Of a DNA stretch of 64,000 nt, positions 21,576 through 31,737 are shown in pieces (positions within the stretch are counted from its first letter, which is position 1; every line of letters begins with the position of its first letter). The DNA is from a bacterium (GTDB lineage: Bacteria > Zixibacteria > MSB-5A5 > GN15 > FEB-12). The position numbers were made by a program, and so were the translations under genes. The notes beneath the pieces were generated by a model. The model made no database searches. It was not told the DNA's origin and worked only from the letters and a program-made list of their open reading frames with translations. Location: contig JBDRNJ010000014.1 in NCBI GenBank assembly GCA_043811375.1, forward strand, positions 67,050-131,049, written 5' to 3'.

Positions 21576-22621
21576 TCTGTCGCTCGCAAGTAGATGTTAC
21601 CTTTTCCTGAGAGTGAGGCGCTTATCAGAGCCTCACCGTCTCCGGCAACCAGGTTGAGACGATCCGGCTGCACCAGGTCGGCTTTGAACAAAAAGTCACC
21701 GACATCGATTTTCCCGCCTTCCTCAACCGCCAGCGACAACCGGGCCGACAGATCAACCGGCACGGTGATTTCAATGTCCTCGAAACGATTGCTGATCATC
21801 ACCCGGGCATCGTCGATTTCAGAAATATCTACGGTGATCGGCCCCGACTTGCCGCGAATCGAACTTCTTCCCGTGCGCAGTTTGAAGTCGGACAACTCAA
21901 TACGGCCATAGCTGCTTTTGACATCTATTTGTCCGGAGAAATCATTGATCCCGATATTGCCGCCATCATTGATGAAACGGGCTGTTTGACCGTTACTGAC
22001 GATCTGCCTGGCCGCCAGCGGCGCGTTGCTGGTTGAGACCAGTATTTCGCCGCTGATGTTTTCCAGATAGACGCTGCCGTTGACGGTCTTCAGGTACAAC
22101 CTGGCCGTTACATTGCGAACCTCCAGTTTGCCCATCGAAGAAGGTACGTTAACTTCCTCAAAGGGACCGTTGGCCGTAAGATCAAAGTAGGCTGCGTCAA
22201 TTTCGAGGACACAGTTTTCGGGTACGACTACCTCGGCGTCCACCATTCCCGACTCGTGGCTGCTCCATGGAGCCGGGTTGGGAGCCCGCAACTCCAGCAT
22301 GACGGCCTCCGGTTTGTGATTCAATTCGATGGCGATCATGTCTATGAAATCTATGGCCTGCGACGAGGAAGATGTCCGACACTTCTTTCGATACGAAACC
22401 GAAACCTTGCTGTCAGTCGTTGTAATGACTCGCAGACTACCCTGCAGCGTATTGGCGGAACGAATCACCACTTTCTTCTGAGTGGTGACCATAGTCGCCT
22501 TATACAGCTCTGTTGTTGAAAACAGCCCCGGTTCCTCCTCAAAAACATCCTGAGCTGTGGTCGGTGACCAAAGACCAAAAAAACACCCCACTGCAAACAC
22601 GACCGACAACGACCATTTCAT
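21572..22621 (-). CDS. Exported DUF4097-like beta-repeat protein
   Basis: Signal peptide; repeated KTVNGSV / KSSYGRI / SGKGNI units; overlaps the sppA start. Confidence 0.6.
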   Translation of the reverse strand: MKWSLSVVFAVGCFFGLWSPTTAQDVFEEEPGLFSTTELYKATMVTTQKKVVIRSANTLQGSLRVITTTDSKVSVSYRKKCRTSSSSQAIDFIDMIAIELNHKPEAVMLELRAPNPAPWSSHESGMVDAEVVVPENCVLEIDAAYFDLTANGPFEEVNVPSSMGKLEVRNVTARLYLKTVNGSVYLENISGEILVSTSNAPLAARQIVSNGQTARFINDGGNIGINDFSGQIDVKSSYGRIELSDFKLRTGRSSIRGKSGPITVDISEIDDARVMISNRFEDIEITVPVDLSARLSLAVEEGGKIDVGDFLFKADLVQPDRLNLVAGDGEALISASLSGKGNIYLRATE

Positions 22622-22624
22622 ATT

Positions 22625-23419
22625 CTATCCTCGATAAGCAAAGTCATAGATCTGTTTCATAAGTATCGACCCGGCCACGGCAGCATTTAGCGACTGCACC
22701 GACCCGGCCTGCTCGATGCGAACGCGTATATGGCAAGCATCGAGGATGCCTTGTGACAATCCGGTTGCCTCGGACCCGATAGCCAGCATAATTCTCCGTC
22801 GACACCAATCACGACGGGTTCGCAGCAGGTCCGGTCGGCCCCTGACGTCGGCCGCAATGAGCATAACTTTTTCGCGCGTCGCCAATGCCCGTGCCTGGTG
22901 CCGGCTTACCTCGGACAACGGCAAGCCGAACACAGCCCCCGCCGACGCCCGGACCACCTTGGGTGCGAATGGTTCAGCCGAGTTGCCCGTCAGCAGCATC
23001 ATCTGAAAGCCAAATGCCAGCGCCGAACGGACCAGAGTGCCAAGATTACCCGGATCGGAAATATCCTCACACAACACAAGTCTACGATAACCGGTCCTGT
23101 AAAGTTCTGCCGCTTCCGTGTGAGGATGCTCAAACAGTCCCACCAAACCCTGCGGGGTCTCAGTGTCGGCAATCGATCTGAGGTCCCGAGCCGACAGGGA
23201 TACGGTCTCAACTCCGGCTTTCTGCAACCTTTTTGTCAGTCTTTCAGCACGAGCCGTCATCAGTGACGAAGCATAATACAGCCGCCGGGGCAGAAAGCGA
23301 TGATGCAGAGCTTCTTCCAGCAGCCTTACCCCTTCGGCCAGAAACAGGCCGCTTTGCTGCCGTCCTTTTTTTGTGAGGATCGACCTGGTTTTTTTTAATT
23401 CCGTCTGTGATAGCGACAC
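22625..23419 (-). CDS. TrmH/SpoU family RNA 2'-O-methyltransferase
   Basis: FLAEG, TETPQG, DPGNLGTLVRSA, GSEATG, SLNAAVA. Confidence 0.92.
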   Translation of the reverse strand: MSLSQTELKKTRSILTKKGRQQSGLFLAEGVRLLEEALHHRFLPRRLYYASSLMTARAERLTKRLQKAGVETVSLSARDLRSIADTETPQGLVGLFEHPHTEAAELYRTGYRRLVLCEDISDPGNLGTLVRSALAFGFQMMLLTGNSAEPFAPKVVRASAGAVFGLPLSEVSRHQARALATREKVMLIAADVRGRPDLLRTRRDWCRRRIMLAIGSEATGLSQGILDACHIRVRIEQAGSVQSLNAAVAGSILMKQIYDFAYRG

Positions 23420-23440
23420 TTTTTATTACCCGACAACAGG

Positions 23441-26095
23441 TTGCTGGAAAACAATGAACTCATTGTGCTCACAGGTTGGCAAGTGAAATCTGCTTTTATC
23501 ATAGCACTCATACTATGCGCTCTGGCGGTCACGTCCGATGCCTACGGTCAACGTATCGTCGTTGGCGGACTCAACGGTAATGCTGCCGAGGATACTACGG
23601 AAAGCTACACCATTTCAATGGCATTGTCAGGCGGCGGCGCCCGCGGGCTGGCCGTCATCGGAATCCTGAAGGCCTTCGAAGAAAAGGGAATTGAGGTAAC
23701 GGCGCTGACCGGTACTTCCATCGGCGGCATCATCGGCGGCCTCTATGCCTCCGGCTACAGCCCCGACGAACTGATTTCAATAACGCGAGATATTGCTTTT
23801 AACCGGCTGCTGACCAATAGTCCCGCCCGCAAAACCATGTTCCTGACACAGCGGGAAGAGAGAGAACGCTCACTGCTGTCGATACGCTTTGACGGACTGG
23901 TGCCGGTGATCCCTCGGGGTCTCACGGCCGGGCAGAAACTCAACTCTCTGCTGACCGCCCTGACCACCAAGGCCAATTATCATTGTGGCAGTGATTTCTC
24001 CCGACTGCCGATACCATTCAGAACCATCAGCACCGATATTGTGACCGGCCGTGAAGTGGTCCATGCCGGGGGATCGCTGGCGGAAGCGATGAGAGCCACC
24101 CTGGCCTTTCCCCTGGCTTTCACCGGGCTGGACAAGGACGACCAGTTGCTGATGGATGGTGGTATCGTCACTCCTGTCCCGGTCGATCTGGTGCGGACAA
24201 TGAGTGATTCTACTGCGCTGGTGGTGGCAGTCAACACGTCCAGCCCGCTGCTGGCCAAACGTGACCTGGTGACACCGGTGGACATTGCCAACCAGGTAAC
24301 AACCATCATGTCACGCGACCGATTGGCTGCTCAAATGCGGGCAGCAGACTATGCCATTGAACCACCTCTGGATGGTTTCTCCTCGGTTGATTTCAAGCAT
24401 CGCGACACATTAGTCGAGATCGGCTACCGGACCGGCCTGACTGCCGCCGACAGCATTACCGACATTTTGGACCAACGGCGTCATGAGACCGAGATCAGCA
24501 TTGTGCAAGTTAATGTAAAGTGTCACTCCTCGGCTCTGGCTGACACGATCAGCGACAGGCTCGGTAACATAACAGTCACACGGGCGCAACTCGTCTCTTT
24601 ACTGCAATCACTGCTGGATGAGTTTGATCTCTTCCGTTTGATGGCTGACCTGTTACCCTGCCGTGACTCGGCGCTGCCGACGGAGACCATTTGCCTTGAG
24701 ATTGTGGCCGACCAGTGTATACGGATGCGTGACGCAGACTTCAGGTTTATCGGCAACACCGTGTTTGACAGCACTCAACCGGCGACCCACTTTAACGGCG
24801 GGGATACGCTTCTGACACCACAACGACTGCGGCAGGGACTGGACGCCATTATCGACATGTACCACAATGAGGGGTATGACCTGGCCGTCATTAAAGACGT
24901 GACCATTGACATGAAGGCACTGGAGGTGTCAGTGGTTATTGACGAAGCTATCATCAGGCGGATCGACGTCGACCGGAACGAGCGCACGCGAGACTGGTTT
25001 GTCCGATCCCTGTTCCCGCTGAAAGTCGGTCAGCCCTATTCAACGTCGCAAGCGTCAAAGGGCATTGCCAACATTTTCGGCAGCGACCTGTTTGACCAGG
25101 TAATGGTCGACCTGGTGTCATACCGGGACGGCGCAGTTGTCAAGATCAGTGTCGAAGAGAAACAACAGCCGGTGGTACGCTTAGGCTGGCACTGGGATGA
25201 TGAGTACCAGTCGGAAGAGTTTATCGAGGTTCTCGATGACAACATCATCGGTATTGGCCTGCAACTGTTGCTGCACAGCCGCTATGCGCGCGACAGTCAG
25301 AACCATTTCGCATCTCTCAAGACTGATCGCATCTTCTCCACCTACATGACCGCTCGTCTGGGTGCCTATCACCGACGCCTCAAGCGGCATCTCTTCGACA
25401 CCGACGGCGCTCGGGCAGATGAACGGACGGAGCTACGCACCGGCGCTGAGTTCGGCCTGGGGCAACAAATCGCCCGACTGGGCACGGTATCAGCCGGTCT
25501 GGTTTTTGAACAACTCGATTACCGTCACCCGCTCGATTACCACCGCGAAGTATTGGACCTGCGGATGCTCAAGTTCACTTCCGAAGTGGAAACGTTCGAC
25601 CGTGTGCCGTTTCCCCGGACAGGCAAGAAACACCTGTTTGAACTGCAATTCGCAGGAAAATACCTTGGTGGTGAAACGGAGTTTACACGCTTTTTCACTT
25701 CCATAGAAGCATACTTTGCGCTGAAACCATATCTGAATTACCATCCCAAACTGGCTGTCGGTCTGTCACGCTCGAACCTGCCGGTCTCGGAGAGATTTTA
25801 CCTGGGGGGGATGCATTCCTTTATGGGATTCCGCACCCATCAATTATCAGGAGACAAGCTGTTCATGCTTTCCAACGAGTTACGCCTGAAGCTGCCGCTG
25901 TGGCTCTACCTGACCGCACGGCACGACATGGGCGAAGTCTACACCGCCGCCGATGAGATCAAGCTGCGCAACCTGCGCCATGGTGTCGGCCTGTTTTTAT
26001 CGCTGGACTCCCCTATCGGACCGGTGGAATTCGGATACGGTGTCGCCGACACCGACGAAGAACGCTTCTATTTGAACGTGGGGTATACGTTCTGA
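23441..26095 (+). CDS. Patatin-like phospholipase - POTRA - Omp85 beta-barrel protein (PlpD-like); start may be GTG at 23483
   Basis: ALSGGGARG, GTSIG, DGG patatin motifs; POTRA-like segments; FYLGG..FMGF, SPIGP and terminal GYTF barrel signature. Confidence 0.88.
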   Translation: MLENNELIVLTGWQVKSAFIIALILCALAVTSDAYGQRIVVGGLNGNAAEDTTESYTISMALSGGGARGLAVIGILKAFEEKGIEVTALTGTSIGGIIGGLYASGYSPDELISITRDIAFNRLLTNSPARKTMFLTQREERERSLLSIRFDGLVPVIPRGLTAGQKLNSLLTALTTKANYHCGSDFSRLPIPFRTISTDIVTGREVVHAGGSLAEAMRATLAFPLAFTGLDKDDQLLMDGGIVTPVPVDLVRTMSDSTALVVAVNTSSPLLAKRDLVTPVDIANQVTTIMSRDRLAAQMRAADYAIEPPLDGFSSVDFKHRDTLVEIGYRTGLTAADSITDILDQRRHETEISIVQVNVKCHSSALADTISDRLGNITVTRAQLVSLLQSLLDEFDLFRLMADLLPCRDSALPTETICLEIVADQCIRMRDADFRFIGNTVFDSTQPATHFNGGDTLLTPQRLRQGLDAIIDMYHNEGYDLAVIKDVTIDMKALEVSVVIDEAIIRRIDVDRNERTRDWFVRSLFPLKVGQPYSTSQASKGIANIFGSDLFDQVMVDLVSYRDGAVVKISVEEKQQPVVRLGWHWDDEYQSEEFIEVLDDNIIGIGLQLLLHSRYARDSQNHFASLKTDRIFSTYMTARLGAYHRRLKRHLFDTDGARADERTELRTGAEFGLGQQIARLGTVSAGLVFEQLDYRHPLDYHREVLDLRMLKFTSEVETFDRVPFPRTGKKHLFELQFAGKYLGGETEFTRFFTSIEAYFALKPYLNYHPKLAVGLSRSNLPVSERFYLGGMHSFMGFRTHQLSGDKLFMLSNELRLKLPLWLYLTARHDMGEVYTAADEIKLRNLRHGVGLFLSLDSPIGPVEFGYGVADTDEERFYLNVGYTF

Positions 26096-26116
26096 GGTGG
26101 GCTGTAGTTCACGTGC

Positions 26117-26379
26117 GATGGTTCGGCTTCACTCACCATGACAGCCAGTAGGTGGCATCGCCACTCTTGTAAGAAACCCGACACGGTGGGTTTGGCTGTG
26201 GGAATTGCCCGCATTTGAGAACGTCGGTGTCGGGTTTCTTGTCCCGTCGGACGGGACTGTGGAACCCGACCTACTTTCCTGGTTCAGTCAGGTCTTGCGG
26301 CGCAGCCGTGTGACCTGACTAATTGCTCAAGCGGCATGTCACACCACCACCTGCGGTGGCGCCAAGACCAGCCGCAACT
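26117..26379. repeat. Mosaic cluster of at least four REP-like families between convergent genes
   Basis: 26117-26142 matches 42775-42800 in reverse; gtggcatcgccactc motif; GTAG-type 26229-26274; 94-nt doublet 26286-26379 matches 42822-42915. Confidence 0.75.
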
Positions 26380-26414
26380 AAACAATGCATCCCGAGTAGG
26401 GTACATATCATGTA

Positions 26415-27377
26415 TCAGAACCGGTAGCCGGCGCTGACGCGGTACGTTTCATTGAGGGCGCTGTGGTGCAGGTAGGCGAAGTCAATCGTGACACTACTGA
26501 CATCTAACCCGCCACCGGCAGTGAAGCGGCCGATATCAAACCCCACCCGACCGAACGCCATCTCCCTATAACCGAGCTCCCAGCCGAAGTGAGTGTCCAG
26601 CGATGTCGAACCGCTCCAGTACTGTGAGGCGGTACGCAGGTTCTCAAACTTGATCTCACCGCTGGTCAGGAAGCGGCCGGTGAAATCGGAGTACGTGTAC
26701 TCTGCCATCAGAGCCGGTCTGATAGTGGGATAGATCGTTTCATAGTTGGCGCCGTCATCGAACGTCTGGCCGGAATAACGAATGAAACCGGAAGTTATAT
26801 CGGTGACCATCAACCCCAGATTGAAGTACTCGTGCGCCTGGTACAGCAGCCCGGCATCGACCGTCAGCCCGTAGCCTTTTTCGGTGCCTATATCGCGATA
26901 GATGATCCTGGTCGTCAGTCCAAAATCGACGCTCTGGCCGATCCTGCCGGAGATGGCTGCCGCCAGCAGGTAGTCGCCGTGCGACACCTCGCGTACGACA
27001 AACGGCCGCCCGGTTGCCAGCGTGTCGGTGATCTTGATACCGCCCCCGCCCAGGTAGTAGAGATAGAATCCAAAGGCACGGATAAGTGAGCGGTCATCGG
27101 GCCGGGCGTCGATATATGACAGGTAGTCATGGTTGAGCAGGGAACCGAATGTCTCGGCGTGCATGAACACGGCGTAACGTCCCTTGAGACGGTTCATACC
27201 GGCGGGATTCCAGTAGGCGGTGGTAGCGTCGAACGGCCCGGCTATCACTGCTCCGCCCAACGCCAGCGCTCTCCCCCCGACACCGAGCGAGAAGGCATCT
27301 CCGGCATACTTGGCCGCCCGGCCATCGACGGCGCCGATCACGAGTACCGTAACTATGTATAGCAGCAGTTTCCGCAT
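26415..27377 (-). CDS. PorV/PorQ (UPF0164)-like outer membrane beta-barrel protein
   Basis: Signal peptide, GVGGRALALGGA...YWNPAG motif, amphipathic strands, C-terminal GYRF. Confidence 0.75.
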   Translation of the reverse strand: MRKLLLYIVTVLVIGAVDGRAAKYAGDAFSLGVGGRALALGGAVIAGPFDATTAYWNPAGMNRLKGRYAVFMHAETFGSLLNHDYLSYIDARPDDRSLIRAFGFYLYYLGGGGIKITDTLATGRPFVVREVSHGDYLLAAAISGRIGQSVDFGLTTRIIYRDIGTEKGYGLTVDAGLLYQAHEYFNLGLMVTDITSGFIRYSGQTFDDGANYETIYPTIRPALMAEYTYSDFTGRFLTSGEIKFENLRTASQYWSGSTSLDTHFGWELGYREMAFGRVGFDIGRFTAGGGLDVSSVTIDFAYLHHSALNETYRVSAGYRF

Positions 27378-27439
27378 AATCGCAATTTAGCAATGCTCAG
27401 ATTCAAAACACAGTACTTTCAGACCGGTTCCCACCCAGT

Positions 27440-27467
27440 AAAAAAAGCGGGACCAAAATCCCGCTTT
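27440..27467 (-). terminator. Intrinsic terminator after the HMA-domain gene
   Basis: aaagcggga-ccaaaa-tcccgcttt stem with a T7 run on the minus strand. Confidence 0.7.
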
Positions 27468-27496
27468 CTGATTTGACTTGATGAGGTGCGGTCTCT

Positions 27497-28093
27497 TTAG
27501 TGGGGACCGTCGCTCTTGGTTTCAGTTTTGGCTTTGCTGGTCTTGGCGCAACCCAGCTTGCCACCAAGCGGGCAGCACCTCTTGATTTCTCCACCGGTAG
27601 CCACAGCCGGGGACACCTCTGCCTGGTAACCCTTGTTGGTAATGACCGCAGCCAGAGCGGAACTGCTGGTTTTGGCCGCATCATAGCAGACCTCCGCCAC
27701 ACCCGCCATATGGTTGACGTCAATAACCTTGTAAACACCATCTACCTCGGTCAGGGCCGCCTTGATGGTGTTCTCACAACCACCACAGGTCATCCCGTTG
27801 ACTGAAAAAGTAGTAAACTCACATTTGCTGTCCTTGCCACATAGCTTGGCGCATTCTTCAGGGGTCAAATGGCCGTCCTTGCCGCACAGCTTGGCGCACT
27901 GCTCAGGAGTCATCTTGCAGCCGGCCTTCATAGCACCGGGGCAACCGGCACTGGCAGTTACGACTTTGGCGTCAGTAGAAGCTGTCGCCTTGTCTACCGC
28001 CTTGTGGCCGGAACACTGGCCGGCAAACAAGTTACCGGCAGTAAACATGCCCATCAGCAAAACGGCCAGGGTTAAGATCATGATCTTTCTCAC
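27497..28093 (-). CDS. Exported Cys-rich heavy-metal-associated (HMA) domain protein
   Basis: Signal peptide, GMTCGGC HMA motif, tandem TPE(Q/E)CAKLCGKD repeats. Confidence 0.85.
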   Translation of the reverse strand: MRKIMILTLAVLLMGMFTAGNLFAGQCSGHKAVDKATASTDAKVVTASAGCPGAMKAGCKMTPEQCAKLCGKDGHLTPEECAKLCGKDSKCEFTTFSVNGMTCGGCENTIKAALTEVDGVYKVIDVNHMAGVAEVCYDAAKTSSSALAAVITNKGYQAEVSPAVATGGEIKRCCPLGGKLGCAKTSKAKTETKSDGPH

Positions 28094-28451
28094 AGGTGTT
28101 CTCCTTCGTGTTGTATTATCAAGTTGTAATCTTTGTCATATTCGTACAGGTACTTCCCAAATATAAGCCGGACTCGGCCCCGAGTCAACTGTTCTGTTGA
28201 GTATGAAGAGCCATATTGTCCAATATAGTCGGTAACACCATGCATCTTAAACATTTGAGAAGCAAACTTAGTTTCAAAAAAAATGGCTATGACAACGCTC
28301 AAAAAATAGTAACCCGCGAGAAATAGGGTACTGGGGTGTAAGCTATGGCAACATAGTAAGATATGGGAGTTGAGCAAAATCCGCTTGCCCGCACCTGAGT
28401 ATTTAGCGATAGATAGAAACCAGTGAAGGCACCAAAGAGGATGACTGATCG

Positions 28452-28871
28452 ATGAAGATTCTGGTAATATGCACCGGCAATTCCTGCCGCTCACAGATAG
28501 CTGAGGGGTTTTTCCGCAAGTTTGGTGGCGATAAGCTGGAAGTGACCTCGGCCGGACTGTATCCCCAGGGAGTCCACCCGGACGCCATCTCAGTTATGAA
28601 TGAGGTCGGGATTGATATTTCCGGTCAGGATTCCAATCAGGTCAATGATCTTGTTGACCGGAGCTTCGACTATGTCATTACCGTCTGCAACCATGCCGCC
28701 GCGCACTGCCCGACCTTTCCCGGTGGCGGCACCCGTCTGCACTGGCCGTTTGACAACCCGACCTCTGACAGTCCCGACGAAGACCCCGCCGCCCGTTTCC
28801 GCCGTGTGCGCGACGAGATCGGCCGGCAGGTCAAACGGTGGTTGCGGGAGGTGGGGGGGTCAGGCAGTTGA
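28452..28871 (+). CDS. arsC: Arsenate reductase / LMW phosphatase family protein
   Basis: CTGNSCRSQIAE P-loop, ITVC...CP resolving cysteines, HWPFDNP, FRRVRDEI. Confidence 0.85.
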   Translation: MKILVICTGNSCRSQIAEGFFRKFGGDKLEVTSAGLYPQGVHPDAISVMNEVGIDISGQDSNQVNDLVDRSFDYVITVCNHAAAHCPTFPGGGTRLHWPFDNPTSDSPDEDPAARFRRVRDEIGRQVKRWLREVGGSGS

Positions 28872-30266
28872 ACTGACTTCCATCGGTTTTTTTGGGGCGA
28901 AGCGGCGTCGAATAGCCATCACCAGAAACGAAAAGAAGAGACCGGTCAGGATTGTTTCACCGATCAGTATCAGATGCTGCCAGGATGTTAGCGGCGGCCT
29001 TAATTCACTCGAACGAAAGAACGTGGATAGCGAGAAACTCCATTGGATCGCCTTGCGATAATCGGACATGAACTGGCCAACCGCACCGTCGCGAAACCAA
29101 TCGTAATTCACTTCTACATCTCGCTGCTCAAGGTTAATGCCCATGAACAGCAGGAAGATAGGAACCAAGAGCCACAAAATGAGTAGAGCGATCAGTGGAC
29201 GCCAGATAGACTCACCGTACCGAGAGAAGAACGAGTACAGTCCTTCGACAAAGTGTCTACCGAACCGATTACCCTCCTCGGCCCTCCTTTTGGCAATCAT
29301 GAATCCCTGATAGAAGGCACTCGACAGGCCGAATTCGGACTGGTCGTAATAGTATTGTTGCAGATGGCGGTACAGTCTCACAAGTTCCAATGACTTCGGA
29401 TTCTCATTCTCGTCAGCAACGTGCGCTCGTTGGCCCTGAAAGAAACCTCGTTTCGGCCAAGTGACGTTGTGGAATTGTATATCTTCGGTGCGGTTACCGA
29501 AGTCCAACAGCCTCAGACCGCTCAGATCGCAGTTGTAGAATCGAGTCGGTGGCTTCGCGCCAAATCCGGCGTTCTTAAAAGTCGTGTCGGACAAAAACTT
29601 CACCGACCGAAAGTCCCTTTTGCCCCCAAAAGTCGAGAGAAAGAAACTGGTTTCTGCACCCAAGCCGAACTCAGCGCCTGATATATCAAATACTGAGTCG
29701 AACTCTCTATTCGTGAATTGCGCACCTTGTTTGAACTGGACATTTTGAAAAGAAGCACGGCAGATACCCTTCCTGCGAGGGCACGAGAAGTCCGCGCCTT
29801 GTTCGAAGATCGCCGAATCGAAACTGCTACGCTTCGAAAAGAAGACGCCATCGAATTGAGCGTCACCGTAGAAATGCGCCCTTCTAAAGGAAGCCTCACC
29901 TAGTTCCGTTTTCCTGCCCGAAAAGACTGCACGTTCTTTGAACTTAGCACCGTCGAAACTGACACCCAGGGGAAAATCGATGTCCTTGAAATCGGCATCA
30001 CAGTGAAACTCGGCCTTATCGAGAAGCACTCGTAGCGCGATATGACCGTCAAACAGTCCTTCAGTCGTGAAGAAAACCGCCCCGCGAAGGCCTCCAGGGA
30101 ACTTACTCTCCCCCCGTAACGCTTCTTTCACGACAGAGACAAACGTCTGATGGTCCTTTTCGGGATCTTGGCTGTGGAGGAAGCAGTACTCGTTGTCGCC
30201 AGCGGGTCGCCGGCACTCGTAGTCCGTACCATCAACTAACTTGAATTTCGCATTGCACCACCCCAT
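28860..30266 (-). CDS. Pentapeptide-repeat protein with C-terminal two-TM, channel-like module
   Basis: Many A.F..A.F repeats; YGES..RPL followed by TM, re-entrant-like helix and second TM. Confidence 0.8.
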   Translation of the reverse strand: MGWCNAKFKLVDGTDYECRRPAGDNEYCFLHSQDPEKDHQTFVSVVKEALRGESKFPGGLRGAVFFTTEGLFDGHIALRVLLDKAEFHCDADFKDIDFPLGVSFDGAKFKERAVFSGRKTELGEASFRRAHFYGDAQFDGVFFSKRSSFDSAIFEQGADFSCPRRKGICRASFQNVQFKQGAQFTNREFDSVFDISGAEFGLGAETSFFLSTFGGKRDFRSVKFLSDTTFKNAGFGAKPPTRFYNCDLSGLRLLDFGNRTEDIQFHNVTWPKRGFFQGQRAHVADENENPKSLELVRLYRHLQQYYYDQSEFGLSSAFYQGFMIAKRRAEEGNRFGRHFVEGLYSFFSRYGESIWRPLIALLILWLLVPIFLLFMGINLEQRDVEVNYDWFRDGAVGQFMSDYRKAIQWSFSLSTFFRSSELRPPLTSWQHLILIGETILTGLFFSFLVMAIRRRFAPKKPMEVSSTA

Positions 30267-30271
30267 ATCTG

Positions 30272-30300
30272 AGTATAACAGGCTGCCGGTTGGTGGTCAA
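30272..30300 (-). promoter_or_regulatory. Sigma70-type promoter directly ahead of the ATG (leaderless transcript candidate)
   Basis: TTGACC, 17-bp spacer ending TGT, TATACT, then 5 nt (CAGAT) and the ATG at 30266. Confidence 0.65.
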
Positions 30301-30355
30301 TCACTGTTTGATCGGTTGCCGATGGGCTGAGTGACCCGACTGTGAGGCGTTCTCT

Positions 30356-30399
30356 GGATTCCTGCTTTCGCAGGAATGACAGGGTAAGGCGGGAATGAC
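30356..30399. repeat. REP-like palindrome of the ...GGAATGAC class
   Basis: ggattcctgctttcgcaggaatgac followed by a partial second copy gcgggaatgac. Confidence 0.65.
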
Positions 30400-30571
30400 A
30401 GATGTGGTGAGGGTTTTAACAGGAGCGGTCCAGTTCTCTTGGCAGGTCTCTTCGAGACCTTTCCTACATGGTTACCATTATTCCTGCAGCAGAAAGGCGG
30501 CAGACAACGCCCGGTAAAGGCGGCTTGTCGCCGTTACCCGACAAAGAGTTGAGGCAATTACCTCTCCCCTC

Positions 30572-30600
30572 TTGTCTTTGCTACACAATAGCAGTATTAT
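30572..30600 (+). promoter_or_regulatory. Sigma70-type promoter for the HMG-CoA synthase operon
   Basis: TTGTCT, 17-bp spacer, TATTAT; spacer contains the inverted repeat tgcta...tagca. Confidence 0.55.
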
Positions 30601-30673
30601 ACTAGACTATTGCCGTCAGGTACTGGCGGCTGAAGAAGACAGTAAACATTAACTGAGATATAAGAGGTAAGGT

Positions 30674-31723
30674 ATGGCAGGAATTGTCGGATACGGCGCG
30701 CATCTGCCCCGCCACCGGATCAAGGTCGAAGAGATCGCCAAGGTTTGGGGTGCTGATGCGCCCAGCTACAAAAAGGGCCTGATGCTTCGCGAGAAATCTG
30801 TCCCGCCTCCGGATATGGACACAATCACGCTCTCAGTAGAGGCGGCCAAAAACGCCCTTAAGCGGGCTCCTATGGTCGACCCGGCGGATATTGGCGCTAT
30901 CTATATTGGATCGGAATCCCATCCGTACGCGGTGAAACCATCGGGCACGACAGTCGCCGAAGCTATCGGCGCCACACCTGACATTCACTGTGCCGATCTG
31001 GAGTTTGCCTGCAAAGCCGGTTCGGAAGGGATGTATATTGCCCTCAGTCACGTGGAGTCCGGTTTCATGCGCTACGCGCTGGCTATCGGTGGTGATACAT
31101 CGCAGGGAGCACCCTCGGACGCGCTGGAGTTTTCGGCGGCAGCGGGAGCGGCGGCGTTTATCATGGGCAAGGAAAACCTGGTGGCTGAGTGTCTGTTCAC
31201 GCATTCGTACATGACCGACACACCCGATTTCTGGCGACGTGAATACCAGTTCTACCCACAACACGGCGGCCGCTTCACCGGTGAGGAAGCGTATTTCAAA
31301 CACACTAAAGGGGCTACCAACGCCATTTTGAAGAAAGCCGGCATGACGGCCAAGGACTTTGCTTACGCGGTGTTTCACCAGCCCAACGGTAAGTTTCCTC
31401 AGCGGGTGGCGTTTGAGCTTGGTTTCACACAGGAGCAGATCGATCCCGGCTGGCTGGCCCCGACCCTGGGTAACACCTATTCCGGGGCATCACCGATCGG
31501 CCTGACGGCTACGCTCGACGTGGCCCGGCCCGGTGATATGATCCTGATGTGTTCCTATGGTTCCGGCGCCGGCTCTGACTCGTTTATCTGGAAAGTGACC
31601 GAGCGGATCAACGAGGTGCGCGACAAGGCGGTGCGCACACGCAAGCTTCTGGAAGAAAACCAGATTTATGTCGACTACGGAACTTACGCCAAGTTCCGGC
31701 ACAAAATCCGCAAGAATGATTAG
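30674..31723 (+). CDS. Archaeal-type hydroxymethylglutaryl-CoA synthase
   Basis: GIVGYG..PR.RIK.EEIA.VWG start, [11 protein letters not shown] (Glu), DLEFACKAG (Cys), FHQPNGKFP (His), [15 protein letters not shown]. Confidence 0.9.
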   Translation: MAGIVGYGAHLPRHRIKVEEIAKVWGADAPSYKKGLMLREKSVPPPDMDTITLSVEAAKNALKRAPMVDPADIGAIYIGSESHPYAVKPSGTTVAEAIGATPDIHCADLEFACKAGSEGMYIALSHVESGFMRYALAIGGDTSQGAPSDALEFSAAAGAAAFIMGKENLVAECLFTHSYMTDTPDFWRREYQFYPQHGGRFTGEEAYFKHTKGATNAILKKAGMTAKDFAYAVFHQPNGKFPQRVAFELGFTQEQIDPGWLAPTLGNTYSGASPIGLTATLDVARPGDMILMCSYGSGAGSDSFIWKVTERINEVRDKAVRTRKLLEENQIYVDYGTYAKFRHKIRKND

Positions 31724-31737
31724 GAAGGAATACTGAG

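Noticed and set aside
26100..26400. CRISPR array in the repeat-rich gaps
   Set aside because: No run of identical direct repeats with regular unique spacers, and no cas genes
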